DNA of 64,000 nucleotides, from positions 22,134,001-22,198,000 of the forward strand of contig OZ287752.1 of NCBI GenBank assembly GCA_965649765.1, given 5' to 3'. Of this stretch, positions 41,364 to 55,300 are shown piece by piece. How positions within the stretch are numbered: position 1 is the first letter of the stretch; every line of letters starts with the position of its first letter. Position numbers and translations under genes: made by a program. The notes beneath the pieces were generated by a model, which had not been told where the DNA came from, did no database searches, and saw nothing but the letters and a program-made list of their open reading frames with translations. The DNA comes from Bispira polyomma. Its lineage: Eukaryota.

Positions 41364-42244
41364 TAAAGGGCCAGTCACACAGCAGGTCTGACCACTTTAT
41401 AAAGTCTGTCGATTTGTTGTGAATGGTTTCCGCCGATTTTAATGGATCTTTGTAGCTCTCACTATCATTTTTATCTTGGCCAGGTTTTCTTATTTTCAAG
41501 TGATTCCTTTCTTTAATTAATCCACGATCGCTTATTAAGTTCTTGGTCCACTCCAAACTACTCTGAAAAGGTCCTAATCAGGTTGCTATTATTTTTAAGT
41601 TTTACAAGTCAGAAGACCTCCCATACAGCCCAAACCTAGACTTCAATGGTCCCAGCCGGCGGCGACAGATCTCAATCCAATCTTTAAACGATCGTCGATC
41701 AGTTCAACTACCTGTCGCCGCTTAATTAAACAATATTACAAAACCTACGATTAATAATCAAAAATCTTCAAACTATCCTCGACCTATCCAGAGCCGCCTC
41801 ACTACCTGTCACGGGCCAATAAAATCATCATATCAGACCACTCTTCAATTTGGTGAGGCACCGACTCTATTATGCTGAAACCTATCAGAGACCAGTCAAT
41901 GCTCAAATAAAGATCACTTTCGGTAGAAATACCTTAAATTGTGTGGTTTGCTGATAACATTCTTTGATGGTTACACATGTTCGTGGATATATCGGGATAT
42001 AATACAAAATTTTGGATTGTGTCAAACGTTTAATTTTTATACTGTTTTAACCTTTAATATAGTTTGATATTAACTGTGTCATTACCTGTGTTATTAAAAA
42101 GGGCTCCCAAACCCAACGTTAAGAAAGGGAAAGAACCTCTGAAAGAACCACTGGTATTACCTCTGAAAAAAACCCCACTGGGATTAACTCTGAACAAACC
42201 ACTGCCGCAGAAACTGTGAAAGAAACTAATCCATTAATATAAAC

Positions 42245-44159
42245 CACTGACGATGATGCAGATCAGAAGGGCACTATGGACATGGAGGATGAGCATGAGA
42301 ATGATAAAGAAAGCGGCAACAGGAGCGTCAAGTTCTCAGACCAACCTCTGTTCTACGACCAGTCACTTAGAGATTTGAATAACATGGTCAAGAAGAGTTG
42401 ACTTTTGGCAAAGAAGGACGAGAAAACGGGGCTCAGTGGTAAGTTTCATTATATTATTTTTCTTAATCGTTTCTTATTATTTTTATGATAAGATTAAGTG
42501 TTGGTGCAATATATATTCTAGTTTTGTAAGGTTGAGAGTAAATGTATAAACTTCCTTGTAGAGATATGTATATTGTATTGGGTATATTTAGGTATGTAGC
42601 TATTAAAAGTAATGTTACCGGAACAAAGTTACCTGACCGTTCCAAGATTTATCTCAGCAGTACACAAATCTAAACGTCAGTTTAACAATAGGTATGCCCA
42701 TGATTCTCCAACACTTTGGAATGAATTACCTGCCAAAATGTGTTGTGCAACATCACTCACATCCTTTAGAAAAAAATTAAATCTACCTATAGCCCTAAAT
42801 TCACCCGGCGTCTCCATGGTGCTGACTCATGCTTGTCTAACGGAAATGTAAATTAAATAAGGATACTGTCCTGTACCTTAGAATCCCACAGGAAGGAGAG
42901 ATTAAGCGCTATAAAAGTTAGATTAGATTAAATGTTTAACAGGTGCTTCAAGTATTAATTGGATGTATTTCACTTGAAGATATGTCAATTATGGAGCATT
43001 TTAATAAGAAACAGTATGCTTGCAACTGATGTCGTGAATTGTAAAGGGTTAAATGTGACAGGAATAAAATAACTACCAAAATATTTACCTGTTTTTGTTG
43101 TATTTTAGGTGATCCACACCGAGACTCGCCGGCTGGGAATGGTGTCTACATTTCCTTTCCCCTGGGCGAGACAGATGACCTGGATAAGGAGGGTGATGAG
43201 CTGACCAGCATTGCCTCCTCAGCAGCCCATCAGAGTAAGCAACAGAGCCTATCCAAAGCCAGCCCCACTTCAAAAGGCAGACAGACTGTACCCAGTAGCA
43301 CCAACTCATCCAATCTGTTGAAACTATGTTTTACTGAATATAGGTACTGGTTCAATTATTAGTGGGTAGCGAGTTCGCTAAAGTAGCGTTCACACCGTCC
43401 ACTTTCTTTGTCCCAGTTCTCCCCTGTCCTGAGAACGTGTGAGAATTTGAACAAACATCTGAGAACTGGGCATAAACAGGGGTAGAACTGGGGCGAACTG
43501 GCAATAACAGGAGCTACAGCCAGAAATTTGGAACATGTTTAAAACTTCCGTGGGAGGACTGCTCTGAAAACACATCATAAGAAAACTTGAGAAAATGCTG
43601 GGGTGATGTCGGGGCACAAACGGGAGTTGAACTGCTTAGAACTTGTCTAAACGTGGCTTAAACTGCTTAGAACTTGTGTGATCTGGCCAGAATTGGAGAG
43701 AACTTGAGAAAACGTAACATAACCTGGGAACAACGGGGCTAAAACGGATCATAAACAAGGGATGCGAATATATGCAAATAAACATTTTCTCACCTTTTCT
43801 CTCCCGATCGGCCAAGTTCAGCCCCATAAAATTGCTGGTACCATAATTCTTAACTGTGTTGTGTATTAACTGCGTTGTGGGCATCTATGTACCATCAAGG
43901 ACCCTATATTATACCAGTACGTTTTCAACTCAATTCCACCTGGTGGAGTGAACCCATGATAGCCAATCTGTTAAACCTGCCTTTTACCGAATATGGGTAC
44001 TGGTTTAATTACATCTTCATCACCTTGCTCTACACAATTAGTCAACACATCAGTATCATCCCTTTTATGAATGGTACTTTTGCACTGAGATTCGGTCGTA
44101 ATAAAGCCTTGATTTCATATCCCATTATTGGGTTTTTCACATCCGTGAATTTGTTGGAG
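42245..44159 (+). pseudogene. Exon-like fragments of an unidentified, probably membrane, protein
   Basis: A coding-like block ends at donor 42438 and contains an internal TGA. A phase-compatible exon starts at 43109. A hydrophobic block 43960-44159 ends in gtgagt. Confidence 0.4.
42610..42930 (+). mobile_element. CR1/L2-like LINE 3'-end remnant
   Basis: LTVPRF...YAHDSPTLWNELP...SFRKKL, with a short (ATTAG) tail. A related remnant lies at about 51900-52050. Confidence 0.6.
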
Positions 44160-46329
44160 GTGAGTGGGATATCACTACATCACGATGCCCTTATGTTGGA
44201 CTTCAAAGACAGTATAATTTATAAGGCCATTAAGATATTTGATTTTTGGTGTGTTCTATATATGACGAATTCTGTTTTTTTAATACTACACCTTTAGTGA
44301 AGTTTTTTCCTCCTTTTGATGTTATGCTAACACACTCGCCTCCAACATCTATGGTCTCAGTTTGAATTCCGCCCAGGATTTAAGATGAGGAGAAAGTTTA
44401 TGTTGCTTGGATCCAGTATTTAGTTTGCAGAGCTTTGTACTCGCTTTCCAATTGATATATGTTGTACCTTATTACCCACTGCTGGTAATGTAAGGAACTA
44501 TAAGGGGTCTTGTTTAACGATGATTTCTGCTTCTCTGTTCATGTAGAAACAATATAACAATATGTATGTCTTGCTTATGGTGAAAAGACCCAATGACAGA
44601 GAACTGCTACTATAAGTGGTCATTAAAAGCACTAGATATGTCTGTCTCTGTTCACCCCTGGCTTGGATGAAACCGACATCCTCTCATTACAGCATAATGG
44701 ATCTTTATTTGAACAATTTGGCAGAACCAACATGCAGTAATTTCAGTGCTGATCATGGAAAGTAATTTATATGTTAAACAGTAAAACAAAGTAGTAGCTT
44801 TCTGTATGTTTTTAAAAAGAGTGTACAAAAGTATATTTGAGACTTGTGTGAAAAATTACTATTCCCCTGAAACATACATTTTGTTTTAGGTTATGGAACT
44901 AATTACATGTACCCAGTTTATATCTTTACGGACATTTAATCTTGAGAGGAGAAGGTTTCCCCATAAAGTGTTTCATTACTGTTATTTAGTATACAGTTTG
45001 TACTATACATTATTATTAAAGGGTTTCATGACAATATGTTGACCTGTAAAAACCTCTTAATGGGCTGTAACTCATCATCTTCAAGCTGGAAGTGTTTAGT
45101 GGCTTAAACATTTTTATTCAGTTGGAACAAACAATTATTTTAAGTCTTTTAGTTAGTGTCTATGCCAATACCAACATATATTGCAAGTATATTATTTATT
45201 GTAATTGATTCAATTTTGTAAAAGCTCTTGTCATAAATCATGATATTGTGGACAAATAAGACAAATTATATGGATTTTCAGAAGAAATGAACGGGGACAG
45301 CCACTGTGAAAGAGAACGATATTTAAGGTAGGAAACAACTTTACGAAACACATTAGATTCATATGGATACATACATATTGGGTGGCTTTATACTAAATAA
45401 AACTTATAATGAATGTAATTTTTACATGCTAAACTTTGATGCACCATTTATAATTGTAAAATCTGTATACTGTATATAATCATGTGATTTGTAACATATC
45501 TTTAATAGCACACATTCAATACAAATATACAAGCCACAAAAATAATTTTTTAAATTTTTTAATTAGATGCACATGTGCAAATGATATATATTTTATACAA
45601 TAGCAATACTTCTACTAAAATGTGATTATAATCTCTTGTAAATATTTTTTTAATATTTGTAAAGATTTTGCATAAATAAAATAAATATCTTCTTTTTATT
45701 GGTTTATTGGAGTGGCAGGAGACAGGTACCAGTATACACCCAAGCCTTGCAAAACTAATCATTATTCCTAACACAATCACACTGTGTCGAGTTGACAATT
45801 TTAATAGAATTGGTCCTAAAAGGTTGACTCCACTTTTTAAAAATGCAGCATAAATCTTTCTTCATTGACGCTATCATTAAAACCATAACTGTCGTAATTT
45901 GATGCATGAATTAGAGCAACACAAGACCTTGAGGATTTACTGGGAACTTCTTGTTGAAAAGTAGGAGTAACAGTATTAGGGTTTGCTTTTCCATTGTTGC
46001 TGGGTTAGATTTCTCGGGGTTGTAAAGATGTTTGTACTTGTGCAATGCTGGAAGCTATGGTTGAATATAAAAAGTTCCTTACCACTAACATTTAATGAGC
46101 ACTTACACGTTATGGTTTCTTAAGTATAAATGTAAAAGATGGGCAATTTTAAAATGCAAAATGTAGTTGATGCAGGAGATTTGCTAAGACATGAAACACT
46201 TTTACACTTAGATCCTGTTTAGTCCTCAAAAAATCTGCAATAAAAGATAGTTAATTCTATATTAATTGGTAGACAGAATACAATACATAATACACTGAAT
46301 TATATACCATCATATTCATTTCCATTTCT

Positions 46330-46620
46330 GCACAATGCCTAATTAATTAAAAACAACACAACTGACAATTGTCGGATTATTAAAACAGCTTCAAACAGTT
46401 TTGGGATTAATTGGACAAATTCTGCTAAGATGCTTGTCTAATGCTTAGTGACTTCACACTTGCACTATGGAAATGGTTTACTCTGCAATATCAGCAAAAA
46501 CGACACACATAAACTGCAAAATTTACAGAACTCAGCAGTAAAAATAATTTATGGAGTTTCAAAAAGTGACCTTACCACTGCCACCCTACAATCTCTCCAC
46601 TGGTCTGAGATATAGTTGCA
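46330..46620 (+). mobile_element. L2-like LINE remnant
   Basis: Reads AKMLV..LVTSHLHYGNGLL...KLQNLQNSAVKII...LQSLHW. Confidence 0.55.
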
Positions 46621-46697
46621 TGGTACTAATTAAGTTAAGTGTTCTGTGATTGAATAGTAATATGATATATTCACATCCGACAATGGCACTAAAGGGG

Positions 46698-46874
46698 GTG
46701 GGGTGAAATACACTAATAGGCCACACCCCCAAACTTTAGTGGACCAATCAGAAATGCGGCTATGCATCGCCACAAAAGTCCAAGGAAAGTCTGATGTCCT
46801 AGTAGAAGTCCAAAGTACAGTTGGTATCTCCAAGAACATTTGTTTATGTTTACAAAATATAAACATCACGTGAT
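46698..46874 (+). promoter_or_regulatory. Candidate FPPS promoter: SRE-like element, NF-Y CCAAT box and SREBP-type E-box
   Basis: GTGGGGTGA (TCACCCCAC on minus) at 46698-46706, GACCAATCAG with CCAAT at 46744-46748, and ATCACGTGAT at 46865-46874. Confidence 0.5.
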
Positions 46875-47385
46875 TTAACACCCGCACCTTTAATTGCTTT
46901 CCCATGTTAGGTATCATTTGACTTTTTCAAATTTCAAGTTATTAATGTTGAAGGGATCCCTTTGATTCTATTTGTTTTGCATACTATTTCAACAGAGTGA
47001 TTTAGAAATGGGCAATAATATATTTCACCGAACCATCGTTGGCATGATTCATCCTAGTCCAATGTAAAGGGAAACTTCAGAAACATTTTGTGGTTTTGAC
47101 ACTTTTCGATCACCGGTTGGATTTTAGAGACACATATATGGATCTGTACATCAGAAAATGCTTTCCATCAACAAGACATGTGAAAAAGAATTTCAGTAAC
47201 GAAAAAGATGACTGCATTGCAGCCAGCTAGTTCCCAAAGTGAAAACAAACTTTAAAACTTTCCAGGAGAGTTCATTTACGGTTTTCACATAGTATGTGAA
47301 ATGAGTGAACTTAAACATGCTTAATTCTCGGCTTCTTGTCCTGAAAAAAAATTCGGGGCCACGTCATAGTAATGCCCTTCTCTTA

Positions 47386-48010
47386 AGCCCTGGTCACACT
47401 GAGCCCATTCGTGTGCACGTTCGGCTTGTTTTTTTTAGATTAAAACATAATGAACGAAAGTGAAATTTGGGAAACGTAACCAAAAGTTAATGCATGAGCC
47501 ATTTTGTATAAGTTCTGTACACATTTGTACAAGCATTTAACACGTTTTAGTTTTGTTTCTTCTGGTAGCCACATTTCTAAATTTGTTAGCCATGTTTCCA
47601 ATCTTGCTAGCCACCTTTCTAAATACGTTTCATTTTCTCTCATCACTCCTGTTTTAAATAGGTTGCATTCGTTTGATACATATCTGTCATGTTTTTGGTT
47701 AATATTCGGATGTATACTACGTTTTACTGCCATCCTTTCAATCGATATACACATTGAATACGTGTTAGACGTGTCATACGTTTCCCACTAACGCACCAGC
47801 CATTTTAGTGAAGATTGCCTGAAATGGCCCAAACGCCCTTACATTTCGTGCAGCACGAAATGATAGAATTATTTACTCACTCACGTTTCCTTACATTTGC
47901 TTATGCACACTACATCCACTCTGCAAATGCTTGCATTTCACCTTACATGTGCTTTTTATAGCATTTTTTTTTGTGCGTAATCGGAACGTATGCTTAGTGT
48001 GATCAGGGCT
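47386..48010. mobile_element. Tourist/Harbinger-type MITE, 625 bp
   Basis: TTA|AGCCCTGGTCACACTGAGC ... GCTTAGTGTGATCAGGGCT|TTA. Confidence 0.9.
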
Positions 48011-49327
48011 TTACATGCACTAAAGTAAATGCTTTCTTGTCTCCTTGCGATATTGACACAATTTTATGTAAATTGTTTTTTTTTTTTACCAATAGGTAAT
48101 GTATAAAAATGAGTATGCATATGACAAGACCTAATAAGGTATCATTTTGATTGCTAATTACTATTAATATATTTGTCAGTTAGAGCATGCTATTGTCAGT
48201 TGAAGTTTAGGACTGTATATGAGATCAGATGAAATCGATGAGCATATCTGTATACACAAATTGTTTTGCAAACACCAACTAGACTCTGGAGAAGGAGACA
48301 TTAAAGGTCCTTGCATATATAAGTGGTGCTGGGCTGCATGGTGCAGTTTTTATTTTGAAGGGTGGTCTGATTTTATTGTTGCATTGCACCTATAAGTGGT
48401 TTTTGACTAGCGGTTTTTATAATTTTCTGAATATAATATTTATATTGTCACTTTTTCAGATTAATACTTAAGTTTAAGAAAAATTATAACAAAGCATTAT
48501 ACTTGGATTTATAAACTAAGGCTATATACATGTGTGTATATCATTAAAAGAAAACCATTAAGAAATAAATTTTCTTCTATAGGTATAAAGCTATATACAT
48601 GTGTGTCTATTGTAGTCAAAAACACTTAATAAATCTTTTCATATATGTACACAGACATGCGTCATAGATCAGGATATACAAAGCCTGTGTGATGGGATAA
48701 TGCTGAAGTTGAGGTTTGTTAATGAAAATAACTTTAAAAACTGCGCGGTTGTTCTCTCAAATTAGAAAATTCCTATTTATAAACTACGGCATCACATACG
48801 CACCGCACCGCACATATGTGTCAGCAATTCTGTTTCTTTAAAATTTACCTGCGTCAACATACTGTGTATATCTATAATGGGCTCTAAAGATAACTGACAT
48901 AGCACATGTAAGCCTAAAAAGAACATTGCAATACTGTTATTAATGTTAAAAAATAGCTGTGAAAATAAAGTTGGTATTTGTTATATCTGTTGTTTTAGTT
49001 TTTTTTTGTCTGTTGCTAATGGTTAATCTTTACAAATCATGTAATCATAGAATAAGAAGTTTTTGGGGTTGGGGCAACATTGGCTTGCCAACGTCGGACC
49101 GACGGATGTCCAGCATTGGCCTGACAGCGGCGTGCTATCTGATTCTGTATTAATTATTACAAATTATTGACTACTGTATAGCTAGGAAGTAACCTAATAT
49201 TTAGCGGGTTACAAAATTCATACAAGCAAACACAGTTAACATATTTATTTTTTTCATTGTTCCACTAGCTACAGTACAGGACTCTATGTGATACATTCTG
49301 AAGACATTATACCAGTCTTGTTAACAA

Positions 49328-49375
49328 ATGTCGAACAGTATCCAAAATGGTGTAGGATCACAAATAGGAGGTGAT
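49328..49375 (+). CDS. FDPS: FPPS putative first coding exon ([16 protein letters not shown])
   Basis: ATG has an in-frame stop just upstream, donor is gtaagt, and phase 0 matches the next exon. An acceptor lies at 49268. Confidence 0.55.
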
Positions 49376-52300
49376 GTAAGTAAAATAATGAACTGGTATT
49401 TTTACATTATTTCCTCTATATTACAGTATTAAATTTTAATTATCATTTTTATTTTACACATATATATCACCAAAAATGTTTTATGGTGTGAATAACAGGT
49501 GTTTGTGACGATTAGACAATTCTGTTCAAAATTCACGTGACCAATTTAAAGACTGTAGTCACTCAATAGTCCTCCAACCTCGCTCCCCTTCTCTCTTTCA
49601 GTAACCTAAAGGGAGGTAACAGACACTCTAGCTGTTTCTTCGGTTAGACCTATCAGGAATGGAACAGTCTCCCAGTTGATCTCAGATCAGTAGATACAAT
49701 TATTGGTTTTAGGAAAAAGCTCAAAACTATCCTTTTAACGTTGCCTACCCACCTTAGTCTCCCTCCTGTATGCCCCCATATCTTTTCTTAGAACCTTACT
49801 ATGCCCATGGACTTCACAATTGGATAACTGATTCTGCTGTTGCCTAGCATCAATAAAGTGCGTGAAAAATACATAATAATAATAATATTAAAAATTTAGT
49901 TGATGGAATATATTTTGCACTGCAGAAAAGCTGTGATAGGTTATAATGTATAAAATATTGATTTTTCAAAACAGCCTATTTTTTTCTTATCATGAAATTG
50001 AAGAACAAATGCATCGTTAGTATATACATGATATATATTTGTTTGTTAAAATAGTTTGCACTCTGTAACAATTCCAATGGAACTTAACATAAATACAGAA
50101 CAAGAAAAAAACAAACAAAAAAACTTTACGACTACAGACCCACTTTATATTAACCCGTCAGGCCTGAAACCCGTGTAATGATATATGATTCATCACATGT
50201 GACAAAGTTGCAGAAGTTTGAGACATTTCAGGAAGCGTTGTGTACAGAAGACAGTTCTATCATGTTCAATGTGCATCTAAACTTCCAAGCATGTAATCCC
50301 ATAAATAATTCCCAAAAAATTTATGTGGGTCTTTTAAATTTGTTTAACATAAAGTCATAACCTCTCTCTTTCAAGCCCATAGTTTTTTACTTAGGCTTAA
50401 GAAAAATAATTGGCGATAGGGTTATGGGTGCATAAGTTTTTTTGTTTAATATTTGGCTTGTATTTGTAGTAAATTGGGGTCGGGTTTGTACAAAGGTGTG
50501 GGCTATAGTCAGCAAATTTCCACTATTTTACCATATTAAGCCAATATGTGGTTTTCTTTAAAAAATTCTTTCATTTAATATTTGTCCCATCTCATTTTGA
50601 TGTATTTATGTGGTGAATATCAAATACGTGGTAACTAAACTAACTACTGGTACATGTACAAGGTCAATACATATCCTAGTACAGTAGTATGAATTATTTA
50701 CATTTTTTGTATTTATATTTATACTCAGCGCATATGGATGTATCTACCTTCATCTGGTAGAAATGCTGTGTTTCAAGAAAACCCATTGAAATGGTAGCTG
50801 GTAGACATAAATGATTTATACTGAATCTGGGATAAATGGATCTACTCAATTGTTCCTTGGGGAATTATATATTTTTTACCAATGTATGTAGAACTAAATC
50901 TCCATACTTTTTGTGTATCACTGACGGTTGATGTATGTTAATAACATTTACTTTAATTATTTGCTCTAAAAAACGAAGCTTGTGGTTCATACATGTATGC
51001 AGATTATAAGTGTAAAATATTGTTTAAATAATTTACATATTCTTTAAATGCTAGAAATAAATGTCCTTTCATTGGCCTCACGTATAGGTCCCAAATAACA
51101 GTAATCCCATGAAGCATAAAGCACACAAGCCCACAGAACTGCAGCTGTTTGATGAGGTGTTTCCTGAGTTGGTGTCGGAACTTACTGACAAAGGAATACC
51201 AGACAACGATGTGAAGGATGCTATGACATGGTTTAAAAAGGTAAGATCTTGTTTTTATCAGGCACAGCCTGACATATAAGTCAATTCAGCATTTCCAGTG
51301 GGCATGTCTAAGTTTAAGTAAATTGGGATAAATAAAAGCATGTTTGAGCGACAACAGAAGAATTATGTTCAAATCTCGTAAAATATTTCCACTTCAAACC
51401 TTTTCATCAGAGAATATATGGTACAAACATTCAGCATTATAGTTTAATGTCAATTGGACCTTCTTATTCAAGACATTAAAGATTCACCAGGAAGTACATT
51501 TGTGCAAGGTCATTTCTGCAGTCCAGGGTTTTCGCCAATAACCCCGCCTCCCACCTCTACAGTTGTGGGTTTGCATCTCGATCCAGGCATGCATGTGGAA
51601 AAGTTGGCAGTAGAATTGCTGTTTGCAGAGTAAAAAGACCCTTGACCAACTACCCTGTCCCTGATTTCCTACACCAGTGAACTGGCCATTCTAATGTCTC
51701 ACTAGACATGTTTGAGAGGGGTGTTAAACCCCAAACCAAACAAAATCCACCAATACCAGAAACACCTGTAATCCCCTTAAACATGCTTGCGTATTAATAT
51801 TACATGAAAAGGTGTTGTAAGAATAGAATTTAAGAAACAATATTTCAGTATCACACTACAAGTGTAATATTAATACCAGACCAGCTGCTTCCAAAATAAA
51901 TTTCTTCTTGTTTCGAAATATAAGTCCGAAGTACACCGGTCAAGAGTACTCAAAGGTTCACTATGATGACAGTTTTGCAAATGATGCTCCTACTCCATGG
52001 AGCAGTTTACCTCAACACATTAGACCAGCTCCATACCTGCATTCCTTACAGCGTAGTTTTTTTGTTCGCATCAAAATTCATAAAATATACTGCTTTAGTT
52101 CTCTAATTTTAAGCTAAGGTAATGTTCACATGAATTAAGGGAAACATGTGCAGGTAGTGAATGTTAATAATACCGGTTTAGTAACACGAATTTACCAAAA
52201 ACGTTAAAATACATAAGCTAAGCCTATAGAACTTATGGAAAACCATTTTACGTAATGATTACGTATAATTTTGATATCATCACGTTAATTTGATGATATC

Positions 52301-55300
52301 GTGATACCATGTTTGTTTGAACTAAATTATGTTGTGAGAATGTAGTATTTTGTGTTGTAGGTGTTAGAGTATAATGTACCGTATGGTAAGAAGAACAGGG
52401 GTCTTGCTGTGGTGCAGTCTTACCAGTTCTTGGTCAAACACTCCATTACAGACGAGGACCTTCACATTGCCAGGGTTTTAGGCTGGTGTGTCGAAATGGT
52501 GAGTTTTTGGTAGTGGTGGGTCGGTACTTCTGGTGTCTCGGTATCGAGATGAAAATACTTGCCGACCAAAGTCCAGCAGATTGCACTTGACTGTAATTCT
52601 GTAACAGTTTACCATGTTGCTGTATGAGCGAAAAAAAGGCAATGCCTTCTAGCTCAGACAAACACAGTGACTGTATGTTCTATAGGCTAGGAGTATTGAT
52701 TTTTCTCATTGATCTTATAAAGCACATTGGCAGAGTCTTCTATTTATATCTCCTTTACACAGTACATATAAATAGAAGACTCTACCAGTGTGCTTTGACA
52801 GTGTACACATATTCCGTGTATATTGCAATATTTGGTACAGCTATTCTTTAGTTGGTCTAGGTGTCCAAAGTCTATGGGGTTTCAACATCTCTGATGGTAT
52901 TTTTTTGTGACATTTCTGATACCTTGGCTATGTCTTTGGACTTCTTTATTGGTTTACCGACTCTGTTGTTGTGCTTTAAGATATGCCTAGCATGAATAAG
53001 GCGTGTTAAAAGTCTAAAATTCAATACTATTGACTTGTCGAAGGCCGGTGGTGGTTTGCAATTCAGAAATCCTGACTCAACTACTCTATCTTACTTTCCT
53101 TCACCATTAAAGTGCTTGTGACGATATTATACACAGAGGTTGACCACCAAATCATTAAATACTGTATCAGTGGATTTTAATTAATTTTTAATAATCTTAG
53201 CTAATGAATCTGAATAGTAAAAATTAATTCCCATTGAAAATTTTAATTTGGAATAACTTTTTTTAAACTAAATAAAATGGTCAACAGTGAAAATTTTTTA
53301 GAATTAATTTTAGCCAGTGGAATTTTCTTCCAGCCAAAACTTCCCACTTCTATACAGTAATTTCTTACATTGCAGCTCCAAGCATTTGGTCTGGTGTCAG
53401 ACGACATAATGGACCAATCAGAGACGAGAAGAGGGCAGCCATGTTGGTACAAGAGAGTAAGCAAGCTTTGTGTTCTTATATTTTAACTAGAGTACGGAAT
53501 GGTAAACCGATAAGAAAGTAACAGTTATGTAACGCCTCTTAAAGATTTGGAGTGGTTATAGGGCACAGTGACAGGTCTCATGGTTAGTCGATAACAGGCT
53601 CAATATGTTTGAAAACCAAAGTGAAATTTGTGATTCAGGGACCCAAAAACGTGGAGGTTTTATGGTTAAAATCTACTACATTATCGCCTAGAAAAGTAAT
53701 CCACATTACTCAAAACAATAAGTTCACAGTTTGTGAAATCTTACTTGGCTTTAAGTGGCATGGCATACTTACATATGAATGTGTGAACTATCTAAATTTA
53801 ATTTGGGAAATGGTTTTTGAATTCTAAAAAATATCAAAATATTTCAGTGTCTTTCAATGAGTATGTTATTCTAATTAAAAATAAATTGAGTACACTGAAG
53901 GCTCTGTACAAACACAAACAAGAGATATTTAACAATCTTTATAAAAGAAAAAGACTCTTTATGACCAGTTTTTTATCAATACAGCTATGCAAAATAAATA
54001 TTATTTATGATCTTGGATAATATTTGTTCTGTATTAGTGTTTTGTGAAATGTGATTGTAGTGTATAAGAAACGTATTTTTATGTTCCGATGTACCATTGT
54101 AGTGCATATGTAATGTATTTTTATGTTGAGATGTACCATTGTAGTGTATATGTAATGTATTTTTATGTTCCGATGTACCATTGCAGTATATATTTAATGT
54201 ATTTTTTCTATCGCATTAACATTGATAATGTATTCACGACTTGTAAACCATTGTAGTGTATATGTAATGTATTTTCATGTTCGGATGTTGCGTAATCATG
54301 TTCTGTAAACCATTGTTAAGTGTATATGTAATGTTTTTTTCATGTTCAGATGTAACGTATTTATGGCTTGTAAACCCCCCAAAAAATCAAATTAGGACTA
54401 AATCTTGTCAATATTCCCCCCATATATTTACAAATTTTTGTTCGATAGATTTGTTTTACTTCAGCCGCCGTGTTGCTAGCCTGGCTTCTAGGATTGGTTC
54501 ATATTAAATGAGCAGGTACCCGGACTTCAGATGGTGAAACATTTACGATTACTCACATTTTTGGCATCCGTCACACCCCTATTATAGATAATTATGAAAT
54601 ACATTCAATCTTTTATTGCATATATAAGGTTGTTTTCACTAAAAGAATTTGAAATGTTTGTAATTGTTCATTTTATAACTTTTATTTTTGTTTTTTTTCT
54701 TTATGGGAGTTAACCTGCAGCTGATGAAATTGCAGTATAAATGATTTAAATTTAATTATTGTTGTTTTCCTTTTTTTCAGAAAGAAGTTGGCCTAGTGGC
54801 AATCAATGATGCTATATATCTGGACGCTGTGGTCTACTTCTTAATCACTAAATACTGCAAGTCCAAGAGTTACTACGTGGATATTCTAGAAGTTATTCAC
54901 CAGGTAAATTTTTTTTTTTTGGCTTGTAAAAAAGGCCTTTCCTCGAGTCAAAGGCATTATCATTACCATTGCTAAAAAATTCTTAAAGTTTTTTGCATTA
55001 GTTCCATATTACAATGTAATATGATAGTAAAACTACATGACTGGTGTGTATGATCAAATTATATAACGAAAGTAGACCAAGCATTACAAAAAGTTTTGTG
55101 AGCGTTTGGTCTTCCTTACACAAGCAAGGTTACACTTTAATTATACATTGTATTTTATCATTATCATGCTTAAAATTGAACAAACTATAAGAAAAAAAAA
55201 ATAACCTAAAAGAACTGAATAGTAAACATTTAGAAAAATGTCAAAATTGTACTAGAATATTGTTTAGGTTGATATTTTATATTAGCCACACTTTTTTTTA

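Noticed and set aside
47440-47791. Overlapping ORFs of about 100 aa on both strands
   Set aside because: They lie inside a non-coding MITE.
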